Shown here piece after piece: positions 18,662 through 28,296 of a DNA stretch of 64,000 nucleotides. A program made the position numbers and the translations under genes. The notes under the pieces are model-generated. The model saw only the letters and a list, made by a program, of their open reading frames with translations. It did not search any database and was not told the DNA's origin. The DNA lies in contig JBFMFQ010000001.1 of the NCBI GenBank assembly GCA_040752075.1, forward strand, positions 342 to 64,341. Direction: 5' to 3'. Within the stretch, counting starts at the first letter, position 1. Each line of letters opens with the position of its first letter. The DNA comes from Candidatus Zixiibacteriota bacterium (GTDB taxonomy: Bacteria; Zixibacteria; MSB-5A5; WJJR01).

Positions 18662-19636
18662 ATGGCCGCCTCACCAACAGGCTGGGTGTCCGATGGCGAG
18701 TTCGTTCACCACAACGCCTCCATCGATCATCCGGAGCGCCCGGAACGCCTCGTCAGCATAACCGCACATCTGACACACACAGGGTTGTTGGAGCGATTGG
18801 TCGAGTGGCCCGCGATCCCTGCCGCCGATGAAGATTTGATGCGAGTCCACACCCGGGCCTACCTCACCATGATCGAGCGATCCGAGGGGCGCTGGTTGGA
18901 TCCCGACACCTACGTCGGCAGGAACTCGCCCGCCATCGCCCGGCTGGCCGCCGGAGCGGTTCAGAGTGCCGCGCTAGGCGTCTGGCGGGGCGAGCTGACG
19001 AACGCATTCTGCGCGGTGCGCCCTCCGGGGCACCACGCGCTTCCGGACCGTGCCATGGGGTTTTGTCTCTACAACAACATCGCCATCGCCGCGAAGTCCG
19101 TGCTGCATGCTGATCCCGATGCGCGGGTGTTCATCGTGGATTGGGATGTCCACCACGGCAACGGCACGCAGGCCATCTTCTACGAAGACGCGAGTGTCCT
19201 GTACGCCTCTGTTCACCAGTACCCTTTCTACCCGGGGACCGGCGCCCTGCACGAGACCGGGCGGGGTAAAGGCGCGGGCACGACGGTGAATCGTCCACTT
19301 CCGGCGGGAAGCGGGGACAAGGAATTCCTCGGAGCGATCACGGACATTATTGATAATCACGCCCGTCCATTTTGTCCGGATCTGGTCATGATCTCCGCCG
19401 GGTTTGATGCCCATGAGTCGGATCCCCTGGCCGGTCTGAATGTCACAACGCATGGTTTTGGCGTGGCGACGAGGCTGGTCTGCGAATTCGCGGCGGAGGT
19501 GTGCGCAGGGCGTGTGCTCTCGGTACTCGAAGGCGGGTACAATGTGCACGCGCTGGCCGAGTGTGCGGAAGTCCACCTCGAAGAGCTTCTGGCGGCGGCG
19601 ATGGCACGACACGGGAATCGGGCACACGCGAATTAA
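18662..19636 (+). CDS. Histone deacetylase-family protein (AcuC / acetylpolyamine amidohydrolase-like)
   Basis: DVHHGNGTQ, FYPGTG, GFDAHESDPL motifs of arginase/deacetylase-fold HDACs. Confidence 0.75.
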   Translation: MAASPTGWVSDGEFVHHNASIDHPERPERLVSITAHLTHTGLLERLVEWPAIPAADEDLMRVHTRAYLTMIERSEGRWLDPDTYVGRNSPAIARLAAGAVQSAALGVWRGELTNAFCAVRPPGHHALPDRAMGFCLYNNIAIAAKSVLHADPDARVFIVDWDVHHGNGTQAIFYEDASVLYASVHQYPFYPGTGALHETGRGKGAGTTVNRPLPAGSGDKEFLGAITDIIDNHARPFCPDLVMISAGFDAHESDPLAGLNVTTHGFGVATRLVCEFAAEVCAGRVLSVLEGGYNVHALAECAEVHLEELLAAAMARHGNRAHAN

Positions 19637-19665
19637 CCTCCCCGGTGATTGCCGGTACGCCTTGA

Positions 19666-20889
19666 TTGAACGATCACAGTGACTCGCAAATGCAAAACCA
19701 GAGGTCGACAATGCCGGAGATGAGACCACTCAGAGAGGCGACGATTTGTGCGATGGGGGCAAAAGACCAACCGCACGGCGTCGTCACGCCGCCGATCTAC
19801 CAGACCTCGACCTTTCGGTTTAACTCAACCGAGGAAGTCGCCGCTTATGCCAGGGGGGAGTCCGACAAGTTTCTCTACACCCGCTATGGCAATCCAACGT
19901 GGGAGCATCCGGAAAGCACCCTGGCAACTCTCGAGCATGGCGCACGAGCGTTCCTTTTCGCCTCCGGCTCGGCGGCGACCGCCGCCTGGTGCCATGCGCA
20001 CCTGCGTCCCGGGGATCGCCTCGTGGCCGCCAGCCAGTTGTATGGAGGAACCGCCTACTTCCTGCAGCAATACCTGAAGCCAGCCGGAATCATCATTCAG
20101 CAGGTGAACTTCGCGGACCTTTCCCAAGTCGAGGCGGCGCTTCGGGGAGCCCGGGCGTGCTGGTTTGAAACACCGACCAACCCGACGGTGCGTGTGGTCG
20201 ATGGGCCGGCGGTAGCCGCCCTGTGCCGCCGACACGGCGTCCTCTCCGCGGTCGACAACACCTTCGCCACACCCATCAACCAAAAGCCGCTCGACTGCGG
20301 CATCGACTGGGTGATGCACTCCACCACCAAGTATCTCAACGGGCACAACGATCTGATCGGCGGGGTCCTGATCGCCTCAAAGGATGTCGATCCTGAACCG
20401 GTGGCCGCCGCACGGCGCGGCATCGGCGGCATCATGGATCCGCATGCCGCCTTCCTGCTTGATCGCGGACTCAAAACGCTCGCGCTCCGTGTTGAGCGGC
20501 ACAATTCGAACGCCCTGTCCCTGGCATTGTACCTCGGGACCAAGACCGGGGTGGCACACGTGCACTACCCCGGCTTGCCCGAAGATCCCGGCCACGCTGT
20601 CGCCAAACGCCAGATGCGGGGCTTCGGTGGTGTTCTCGCCATCGATCTGGCCGGGGGCTACGAAGCCGTGGCAAGATTTGCCGACCGCCTGCGCATCATC
20701 AACAACGCCGCCTCTTTGGGGGGCGTCGAGTCTCTGATTTCGCTGCCGATCCTCACCTCTCATGTCCATGCCAGCGAGGACGAGCGGCGCGAAGCGGGCG
20801 TGACCGATGGCACCGCCCGCATTTCGGTGGGGATCGAAGACATCGATGATCTGAAAGCCGATGTCGATCAGGCGCTCTCGGCGATCTGA
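19666..20889 (+). CDS. Cys/Met-metabolism PLP-dependent enzyme (cystathionine gamma-synthase / gamma-lyase family)
   Basis: YTRYGNPT, GSAAT, HSTTKYLNGHNDLIGG (PLP Lys) motifs. Alternative start at 19711. Confidence 0.75.
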   Translation: MNDHSDSQMQNQRSTMPEMRPLREATICAMGAKDQPHGVVTPPIYQTSTFRFNSTEEVAAYARGESDKFLYTRYGNPTWEHPESTLATLEHGARAFLFASGSAATAAWCHAHLRPGDRLVAASQLYGGTAYFLQQYLKPAGIIIQQVNFADLSQVEAALRGARACWFETPTNPTVRVVDGPAVAALCRRHGVLSAVDNTFATPINQKPLDCGIDWVMHSTTKYLNGHNDLIGGVLIASKDVDPEPVAAARRGIGGIMDPHAAFLLDRGLKTLALRVERHNSNALSLALYLGTKTGVAHVHYPGLPEDPGHAVAKRQMRGFGGVLAIDLAGGYEAVARFADRLRIINNAASLGGVESLISLPILTSHVHASEDERREAGVTDGTARISVGIEDIDDLKADVDQALSAI

Positions 20890-20892
20890 AGG

Positions 20893-20898
20893 TATAAT
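20893..20898 (+). promoter_or_regulatory. Perfect TATAAT hexamer 21 nt upstream of lptD start (possible -10)
   Basis: ggTATAATcGGAGGActcgggcccggctATG. No convincing -35 found. Confidence 0.2.
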
Positions 20899-20918
20899 CG
20901 GAGGACTCGGGCCCGGCT

Positions 20919-23900
20919 ATGGACCGCCATCTCGCTTCGGCCAGTCATATCATCAAGGCGGGCGCGCGTCTTGCCACGATTGCCGCTATCCTGCTCCTTT
21001 TGTCTTCCCGCTTGGTCGGTGCACAAGAGACAGCCGAACCGCTGATTCTCGAAAGGGCCGATTCGTCGGAAGTGATTCAATCGGCTGCGGGCAGCGAATA
21101 CCACCTGTTCGGAAACGTCCTGTTCACGCAAGGCGAAACGCGCCTGACCAGCGACCGCGCTGTCTGGATTCAGGAAACAGGGGAGATTGAATTCGAGGGA
21201 CAAGTCGAGATCACGCAGCCCGACCGGTTTCTGCGAGCCGATCACGTCTGGTACCGGCGCGAGACACGATCGTTCCTCGCCCTGGGGGATGTCCTGGTCG
21301 AGGACACGGCGCAAAGCTTCTCCCTCAAATCGGAGCGCGCGCGGTTCGACCGGCGTCGCGAGACGGCGCGTGCCGATTCACTGCCGGCGATGCGCTGGGA
21401 TTTCTACCTCGACTCGGCCAGCCAAACCATCATCACCGCCGACACCCTGCTCTTCAACCGCTCGCTGCGCCAGGGGATTGGAATCGGCACGGTCCGAATC
21501 TACAAAGGCGACTGGTATGCGGAAGGAGAGTACGGCGAAAGCTGGCCCGATTCCGGACGCGCGTTCCTGACCGGGACACCCAGGGCCACGGGACTGGGCG
21601 GAGATATCGCCGGAGACACGCTTGTTCTGACATTCCGCGAGAACAAAGTGGAGCGGGTGCAGGCCATCGGGCGCGCCAATGGCGTTTACCGGGACTCCAC
21701 CGGGGAAACAGCAGGAACAAACAGGATTCGCGGGCAATCCGCCGACTTCTTCCTCCGCAATGACACCCTTCGTGCCATCCGTGTCGTCGGCGAAGCATAC
21801 ACCAACAACGAACCCAGCGATACCGTGTCCGGGCATAACCAGGCCTCCGGCGACTCTCTGTGGATGCGTTTCGAGGATGGACGTCTCCGGACCGTCACAA
21901 TCTCGGGCGGCGCACGCGGGACCTACCGGGCGGCGAGCGAGACCGGCGCGGGCCGCGAGGACACTGTTCAGTACAAAGGCGCTGAGATCGTCTTTACGCC
22001 GGACTCGAACCGGATCGACATCGTCAACGAATCGCAGCTTCAGTACGGCCGCGTTGTGCTCGATGCCGGCCGCATTTCGTACTGGACCGACTCGCGCAAT
22101 CTCGTGGCCCGCCCGGTGGAAGCGCCGACCGATTCCGCAAAGGAACTCCAGCGGCCTCATCTGGCCGACGGCGAGCAAATCGTCATTGGCGATACCCTGA
22201 CTTACAACATCGATTCCCGCCGCGGGCGTATCCGCGGCTCCCGCACGGAATTCGAGGGCGGATTCTACCGCGGGGATGATTTCAAGAAGTACACGGAGGA
22301 TGTCTTCTTCGTGGCCGACGGGATCTACACCACCTGCGACCTCGAGGAGCCGCACTTCCGTTTCGAAAGCGACGACATGGAGATCCTGCGTGACGACAAG
22401 GTCATCGCGCGTCCCGTCGTCCTGAAGATCGGCGAGCTGCCCGTGGCAATCCTGCCGTTCTACGTGTTCCCGATCAAGCGGGGGAGGCACTCGGGCTTTC
22501 TGCCGATCCGTTTCGGGAACTTTGACCGGGGAAACCGGTTCATCTCCAACGTCGGGTACTACTGGGCGGCATCCGACTATTGGGATGTCGAAGGGGCGCT
22601 CGACTTCAATGAAGAGTCCGGCCTGAATCTTCGATCAACGTTTAACTACGCGAAGCGATACCTCTACACGGGATCACTCTCCGGGTCGTACGCACGCGAG
22701 TCCCGGTTTACCAGCGCGGGACGGTCGCGCTCCACGGTCTGGACCCTGACCGGGAATCACAACCAGACGCTTTCGCCGACCGCAACGCTGGCGGGTTACA
22801 TGAACTTCATCTCCGACAAGAGCTACTACGACAACTACACCTACGACCCCAACGACCGCCGGCTACGGACAATCAGTTCGCGGTTGAATCTCAACAAGCG
22901 GTTTGCATGGGGGGCATCGTTGACCGCCGCCCTCGACGCGACCGAGAATCTCGACACCGAAACACGAACGCAGACTCTTCCGCAAGTGTCTCTGACCCTG
23001 CCAAGCCAGCGTCTGCTCAAGCCGGACTCCGGGCAGACCGCACGCTGGTATCACCAGGGGTACGTCTCCATGGGGTCGAGCTTTCGTCATTACTACAACC
23101 GGGTGCCCAAGTCCGGCGACACCACCGGCGCATTCGACGAGCGTCGGTACATGACCATGGACCACCGCGCGGGGATCAGTTTCCCGCAGACGGTGCTCAA
23201 GCACATCACGGTCTCGCCGGCGGCATCCCTGCAGGAGACCTGGTACTACGTCTTCCGTACACCGCTGGCCGTGGCCAATGGGGTGCCTGTCGAAGACCCC
23301 GCCCGCCGTCTGTCCGGGTCGCTCGGGGTCGGGTCCAACACCAATCTCTATGGGTTCTTAAACCCCCGGCTCTTCGGGCTCACGACCATCCGCCACACGC
23401 TCACACCAAGTGTCAGTTATTCCTTCACGCCGGCCATTTCGCAAAACAACGAAATCCGTTCCTTCACCGGCGCCGGCGGCGGGTCATCGCGACGCGCCCA
23501 GTCACTGTCCTTCGGGCTGGGGAACGTGTTCGATGCAAAGCTGGGAGAGGGGGAGACCGAACGAAGAGTCTCCCTCTTTAATGCGAGCCTTGGCGCCAGC
23601 TACGACCTCGAGAAATCGGAAGGCGGGTGGTCCCTTCTAAGCGGATCGGCGCGCACCAACTTGGCCCAGCGACTTGAGTTGTCCACCAACGCCACCTGGG
23701 ATCTTTACAACCAGACCACGGGCGACCTCCAATGGACCAATCCCCGGCTGTTGAACTTCGGCATCAGCGCCGGGATGAATCTCAAGGGCGAGGCCTCGGC
23801 GCTGACATCCGTGACCGAGCTGCGCGAGCATGCCAATGACACCCTCTTCTCGTCAGATCAGATTCCCTTCAACATCGGTTTGTCCTATCGGTACGACGAG

Positions 23901-24191
23901 TCCCGTGGGACATTCAGCGCCTACAAAACACACTGGATCAGCACACGCATCGACTTCGAGCCCACCAAGAACTGGACGGCCTCCATTCAGAATCGGTACG
24001 ATCTGGCAAATCACAAGATCACGGATCAGACCTTTGAGGTGACCCGCGACCTGCATTGCTGGTCGGCGCAATTTGTATGGCGGCCAGGCGGATCCGGGCA
24101 GGGGTATTACTTCCGCATCGGCGTGAAGGACATCCCCGACATCAAGATCGAACGCTCGGAGAGCGGACTGCGCGGGGCGATCTGGCGCTGA
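20919..24191 (+). CDS. lptD: LPS-assembly protein LptD/OstA family, unusually long (1090 aa) with an extended N-terminal OstA-like repeat region
   Basis: Signal peptide. N-terminal YHLFGNVLFTQGETRLTSDRAVW OstA/LptA-like beta-jellyroll segments, repeated about three times. Long C-terminal beta-barrel with alternating hydrophobics. Confidence 0.65.
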   Translation: MDRHLASASHIIKAGARLATIAAILLLLSSRLVGAQETAEPLILERADSSEVIQSAAGSEYHLFGNVLFTQGETRLTSDRAVWIQETGEIEFEGQVEITQPDRFLRADHVWYRRETRSFLALGDVLVEDTAQSFSLKSERARFDRRRETARADSLPAMRWDFYLDSASQTIITADTLLFNRSLRQGIGIGTVRIYKGDWYAEGEYGESWPDSGRAFLTGTPRATGLGGDIAGDTLVLTFRENKVERVQAIGRANGVYRDSTGETAGTNRIRGQSADFFLRNDTLRAIRVVGEAYTNNEPSDTVSGHNQASGDSLWMRFEDGRLRTVTISGGARGTYRAASETGAGREDTVQYKGAEIVFTPDSNRIDIVNESQLQYGRVVLDAGRISYWTDSRNLVARPVEAPTDSAKELQRPHLADGEQIVIGDTLTYNIDSRRGRIRGSRTEFEGGFYRGDDFKKYTEDVFFVADGIYTTCDLEEPHFRFESDDMEILRDDKVIARPVVLKIGELPVAILPFYVFPIKRGRHSGFLPIRFGNFDRGNRFISNVGYYWAASDYWDVEGALDFNEESGLNLRSTFNYAKRYLYTGSLSGSYARESRFTSAGRSRSTVWTLTGNHNQTLSPTATLAGYMNFISDKSYYDNYTYDPNDRRLRTISSRLNLNKRFAWGASLTAALDATENLDTETRTQTLPQVSLTLPSQRLLKPDSGQTARWYHQGYVSMGSSFRHYYNRVPKSGDTTGAFDERRYMTMDHRAGISFPQTVLKHITVSPAASLQETWYYVFRTPLAVANGVPVEDPARRLSGSLGVGSNTNLYGFLNPRLFGLTTIRHTLTPSVSYSFTPAISQNNEIRSFTGAGGGSSRRAQSLSFGLGNVFDAKLGEGETERRVSLFNASLGASYDLEKSEGGWSLLSGSARTNLAQRLELSTNATWDLYNQTTGDLQWTNPRLLNFGISAGMNLKGEASALTSVTELREHANDTLFSSDQIPFNIGLSYRYDESRGTFSAYKTHWISTRIDFEPTKNWTASIQNRYDLANHKITDQTFEVTRDLHCWSAQFVWRPGGSGQGYYFRIGVKDIPDIKIERSESGLRGAIWR

Positions 24192-24210
24192 TGGGCGATC
24201 ACCCGCAATG

Positions 24211-24240
24211 AGAACGGCCCGCCGCTTGGCGGGCCGTTCT
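24211..24240. terminator. Bidirectional hairpin terminator between convergent lptD and cytochrome c genes
   Basis: AGAACGGCCCGCC-gctt-GGCGGGCCGTTCT, a perfect 13-bp stem, followed by TCGTT. Confidence 0.6.
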
Positions 24241-24256
24241 TCGTTGATCGATTTGC

Positions 24257-24949
24257 CTAGTGGCTCCCCGCCTTGGTGTCTCCCATGGGAGCGGCCGGCG
24301 GCTCGTAATCAGGTACGAGGTTGTCAATCGGCGGAATTGTCTGCAAATAGGCGAAGATCGCCTTAAGGTCATCGTCGGTTGCCTTGGACAGATTCGGCCA
24401 CGGCATCGGCGGCATGATGGGACGCGAGGTCCCCATGTGTTTGCCGGTTCGCATGGCGCTGATGAACATCTCTTCGGTCCAAACAGCCAACCCCGTGGTC
24501 GGGTGCGGCGTCAGGTTGATCGAATACGTGATTCCCCAGGGCCCGGCCCAGGCAGTGAAGGTCGATGACGCGGCGCCAAGCCAAACCGATCCGTCCATTT
24601 TCGGCGGGGGGGAAACCTTAAGGTCGTGGGGATGCCCCGAGAGCATCCGCGACATGTCCGGAGCCGGACCGTGGTCGGTCATGATCCATGGGGTGTGGCA
24701 GTCATTGCACCCGGCGACCGTGACAAGGTATTCGCCCCTCTTGACCATGGCCGGATCCGGGGTCTTGCCGCCGGCCGTGGCATCCGACTGCGCCCGGCCG
24801 GTGCCCCACGCGGTCAGGCCAAATACCAGTGCACAGGCCGCCAACGCACCGCCGGCCATCCAGCGATTAGACCAGGTTCGCTTTTGTGAGTTCGTGCTGC
24901 TGATCACTTGTGATTCCTCCTTCGGCAGCGCCGTTTGGTTTGGGTTCAC
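24257..24949 (-). CDS. c-type cytochrome (mono-haem)
   Basis: CNDCH haem-binding motif. N-terminal TM/signal (WMAGGALAACALVFGL). AAGAGG RBS 5 nt before ATG at 24949. The ORF-track 5-prime extension to 25186 is discounted. Confidence 0.7.
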   Translation of the reverse strand: MNPNQTALPKEESQVISSTNSQKRTWSNRWMAGGALAACALVFGLTAWGTGRAQSDATAGGKTPDPAMVKRGEYLVTVAGCNDCHTPWIMTDHGPAPDMSRMLSGHPHDLKVSPPPKMDGSVWLGAASSTFTAWAGPWGITYSINLTPHPTTGLAVWTEEMFISAMRTGKHMGTSRPIMPPMPWPNLSKATDDDLKAIFAYLQTIPPIDNLVPDYEPPAAPMGDTKAGSH

Positions 24950-25169
24950 CATCCCCGCCTCTTCGCGTGGATGAAAAGATGACAAAACAACACAGAAACA
25001 GTCCTGTCTGTCAAGCCCGACATGAGGGCCGGGCATTGGGACGCCGCTGGCCCGTGCCTGACGAAATCCGCCTTTCCTGTTGACAGCCCGCCCGCAGGCC
25101 CATTGCTTGAAAGCGGTCCAAGGGGGGACCGTAGTTGCACCAAAACGGCCGGGAAAGGGGACCGCTTCC

Positions 25170-27494
25170 GTGAAGTGGTTTTCCAAGATTTCCTATAAAC
25201 GCAGAAGTGAGCTTTTTGGCTTTCTTCTCGTGCTGGTCGTCCTGTTTGCCATGCTGTCGCTGGCAACCCGGACCGAGGGGGACGACCGCTGGCTGGCGGC
25301 GGAGCAGGACGCCATCTGGATAGAAACCTACTACCCGCGCAACCTCGCGGGGATTCTCGGCGCGGTTGTTGCCTACTCCCTGTATGAATTGCTGGGATTT
25401 TCGGCTTGGGGGCTTTTGGCCTCGCTCGGCGCATTCGGCATCAAGCGGTTCTTCCTCGCCAAGAAATCCCGGATACCATGGTCGGTGGCCGGTGTTTCCC
25501 TCGGCGTTTTCATCGTGGGTGTCATGACGGATCTGCGCGATGCCTACGACGGTGTCGCTTGGACCGCCGGGATTGAGACAATCTCCGGACAGCTCGGCCG
25601 GAGCCTGGCGTCATTCGTGGCCGAGATCATGGGTGTTGCCGGCGGGACGCTCGTCTTGGGCGGAATTCTCGCCATTGCACTCTACTGGGTGATCCCGTGG
25701 AAGCCGCTTTTGGCCTTGGTCCCCGATCGCAAGAAAAAGCCCGAACCCCCGGTCAAACGGCGTCAGGATTCCCCCGGCTGGTCGCCTGTTGGCGCACTGA
25801 CGGCCAGAGTTCAGGCCGGGTGGGCCTGGATGACCGGGTTGTTGGATTCCTGGAGCAGGGAAGAAGCGATTACCGAACCGCCGACCGACGATCCGTGGGT
25901 ACGTGTCGAGCCGGAGCCGAAGCGCACGGAGATTCTCAATGATCTCCCGGCGCTCCCGCCCGAACTCGACTCCCCGGGCGAGGAGGACGAAGAGCGCGAC
26001 GAGCCGGAGTCCGTTCGTGAGCGGCCGCGTGAACGGCATGTGCTCCGCCTTCAGCGCAGCGCGTCCGACGGGGACTATGAATTCCCCGCGCTGGATCTCC
26101 TGGAGCCCGCGCGCGGGCACACGCGCCGCCGCGCGGATGTCCAAACCGCCGACACCCTGTTGCGGACACTCAAGACCTTCGACATTGGGGTGGATGGCGG
26201 GATTCAGACTTTTCCCGGCCCGGTCATCACCCGCTATGAATTTCGTCCCGCACCGGGTGTGAAGGTGAACCAGATCGTCAATCTCGCCGATGATCTGGCC
26301 CTCGCGCTTTCCGCCTCGCGCGTTCGTGTGGTGGCTCCCGTACCCGGCAAATCGGCGGTGGGCATCGAAGTTCCGAATGCCGATCCGGACATGGTCCTGC
26401 TTTCTGGGCTCATCGGGGATCGGTCTTTTGCCGAATCCAAGTCCATCCTGCCTTTGGCCCTCGGCGAAACGACCGAAGGTCAGCCATTTGTGGCGGATCT
26501 GGCCGGCATGCCGCACTTGCTCATCGCGGGCGCGACCGGATCGGGCAAGAGCGTTTGCATCAACGTGATCATTACCTCGCTTTTGTACCGCCATCACCCG
26601 CGCGATGTGCGATTGCTCTTTGTCGATCCCAAGATGCTCGAACTCTCGATGTACCAGGGAATCCCCCATCTTGAGCGCCCGGTCGTGACCAACCCCAGGG
26701 CCGCGGAGCGTCTGCTGGTGGATGCGGTGCGTGAAATGGACGATCGCTACAAGACGCTCGCCGGCGCCGGTGTCCGCAGCATCGCCGACTACAACCTCAA
26801 GGTCGAACCGAACGAGCGTTTGCCCTATATCGTGATTGTGGTCGATGAACTGGCCGACCTGATGCTCAGCCAGTCGGCGGCGAAGATCGAAATGACAATC
26901 ACCCGGCTGGCCCAGATGGCGCGCGCGGTCGGGATTCACCTGATCCTCGCCACCCAGCGCCCCTCGGTCGATGTCATCACCGGGCTGATCAAGGCCAATT
27001 TCTCCTGCCGTATCGCCTTCCAGGTGGCAACCAAGGTCGACAGCCGCACGATCCTCGATGGCAACGGCGCCGAAAAGCTCCTCGGACGCGGCGACATGCT
27101 CTTCCTCTCGCCCGGACGGGCCGAGCCGATCCGTGTGCACGGCGCGTTTATCTCCAGCGCCGAAACCACGGCCCTAGTCGAGTTTCTCCGCACCCAGGTC
27201 ATCCAGCCCGAAGCGATCCAGAACTTCTCGGAGACCGTCGAAGGCGAAGGCGGCGGCGAGGATGATTTCGGCGATGTTCTCTTCCACCAGGCCGCCGATG
27301 TGGTCATCCGTCATAAACAAGGCTCCGTCTCGCTTCTCCAGCGTCGTCTCGGCATCGGCTACCAGCGCGCCGCCCGTCTCATCGACAAGCTCGAGGAGGC
27401 CGGCGTGGTCGGCTCCTACGATGGCAGCAAGGCCCGCGAAGTCCTCTGGACCAGGGAAGACCTGGAGCAGAAGATGGCGGGGATGACCTCGTAG
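25170..27494 (+). CDS. ftsK: DNA translocase FtsK/SpoIIIE
   Basis: N-terminal TM helices. Walker A LIAGATGSGKSV. Walker B VIVVDELADL. C-terminal gamma winged-helix (VSLLQRRLGIGYQRAARLIDKLEEAG). Start uncertain: GTG 25170 or TTG 25080. Confidence 0.8.
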   Translation: MKWFSKISYKRRSELFGFLLVLVVLFAMLSLATRTEGDDRWLAAEQDAIWIETYYPRNLAGILGAVVAYSLYELLGFSAWGLLASLGAFGIKRFFLAKKSRIPWSVAGVSLGVFIVGVMTDLRDAYDGVAWTAGIETISGQLGRSLASFVAEIMGVAGGTLVLGGILAIALYWVIPWKPLLALVPDRKKKPEPPVKRRQDSPGWSPVGALTARVQAGWAWMTGLLDSWSREEAITEPPTDDPWVRVEPEPKRTEILNDLPALPPELDSPGEEDEERDEPESVRERPRERHVLRLQRSASDGDYEFPALDLLEPARGHTRRRADVQTADTLLRTLKTFDIGVDGGIQTFPGPVITRYEFRPAPGVKVNQIVNLADDLALALSASRVRVVAPVPGKSAVGIEVPNADPDMVLLSGLIGDRSFAESKSILPLALGETTEGQPFVADLAGMPHLLIAGATGSGKSVCINVIITSLLYRHHPRDVRLLFVDPKMLELSMYQGIPHLERPVVTNPRAAERLLVDAVREMDDRYKTLAGAGVRSIADYNLKVEPNERLPYIVIVVDELADLMLSQSAAKIEMTITRLAQMARAVGIHLILATQRPSVDVITGLIKANFSCRIAFQVATKVDSRTILDGNGAEKLLGRGDMLFLSPGRAEPIRVHGAFISSAETTALVEFLRTQVIQPEAIQNFSETVEGEGGGEDDFGDVLFHQAADVVIRHKQGSVSLLQRRLGIGYQRAARLIDKLEEAGVVGSYDGSKAREVLWTREDLEQKMAGMTS

Positions 27495-27537
27495 GGCACC
27501 CCCGCGGGCACGGCTTTATTGGAATTCCCGTCGTCAT

Positions 27538-28257
27538 TTGCTGTATCATAGGAGCATGGGCACAACCGCGCGCATCCGACCGTTCCTTCTAACCGCATCG
27601 ATCGTGGGTGCCGTACTCCTGCTGGCTGGATGGACGCCTGCCGACGCCTGCTCCGCCGACTCGATCCTTGCTCTCCTTGAACAGAAGATCGAAAGCCAAG
27701 TGACCATCCGGGTGGATTACTCCAAGGAGTCCCACTCCCTGCTGTTCGGGGACCGGCCTGAGGAGAACGGGATGTTGTGGCTGGGGCCGCCCCGGAGATA
27801 CCGGGTCGAGTCCGGGGATCAGGTCATTGTCCGGGGGGCGGACACCCTATGGACCTACAGCAAGGGAACCAAGCAGGTCACCATCCGGACCGGAGGATTG
27901 GACTCGCTCGAATTCGGCCCGGCGGGCTTTTTCGGATCTCTCCGAACCGACTTTGTCCCCGTGACCTGTACTGTTGATGAGATCGAGGACAAGCCGTTCT
28001 GGCGGGTCCGCCTGGTTGCCAAGACCGAGACCGCCGCCATCCAACGGCTCACCCTCTGGGTCGATCAATCCTCCCATTGGCCGGGCGCGGCGGAATATGT
28101 GGACTACAACGAGGAAACTTCCCGTCTGCGCTTCGGCGCCTATAAGACCGATCAAGCCAAAGACAGACAACAGTTTACGTTTTCTCCGCCGTCCGGAACA
28201 GAAGTCATCGTTTTTCCTGCGAAAAAAAACGAGCGCGAACCCGACTCCGGGCGTTAA
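27538..28257 (+). CDS. LolA-like outer-membrane lipoprotein carrier / sorting protein
   Basis: Signal peptide. About 230-aa periplasmic beta-sheet protein with a LolA-like pattern (RFSQ/LWVD-type segments). Contains an A8 run at 28222-28229. Confidence 0.45.
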   Translation: MLYHRSMGTTARIRPFLLTASIVGAVLLLAGWTPADACSADSILALLEQKIESQVTIRVDYSKESHSLLFGDRPEENGMLWLGPPRRYRVESGDQVIVRGADTLWTYSKGTKQVTIRTGGLDSLEFGPAGFFGSLRTDFVPVTCTVDEIEDKPFWRVRLVAKTETAAIQRLTLWVDQSSHWPGAAEYVDYNEETSRLRFGAYKTDQAKDRQQFTFSPPSGTEVIVFPAKKNEREPDSGR

Positions 28258-28296
28258 ATTAGGATTCCCGGTCAAGCTAAGGAGTTTTGAACGAAC

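Noticed and set aside
27495-27540. CCCCGCGGG palindrome after ftsK as possible terminator.
   Set aside because: Self-complementary 8-mer with no loop and no convincing U-tract, so probably not a functional intrinsic terminator.
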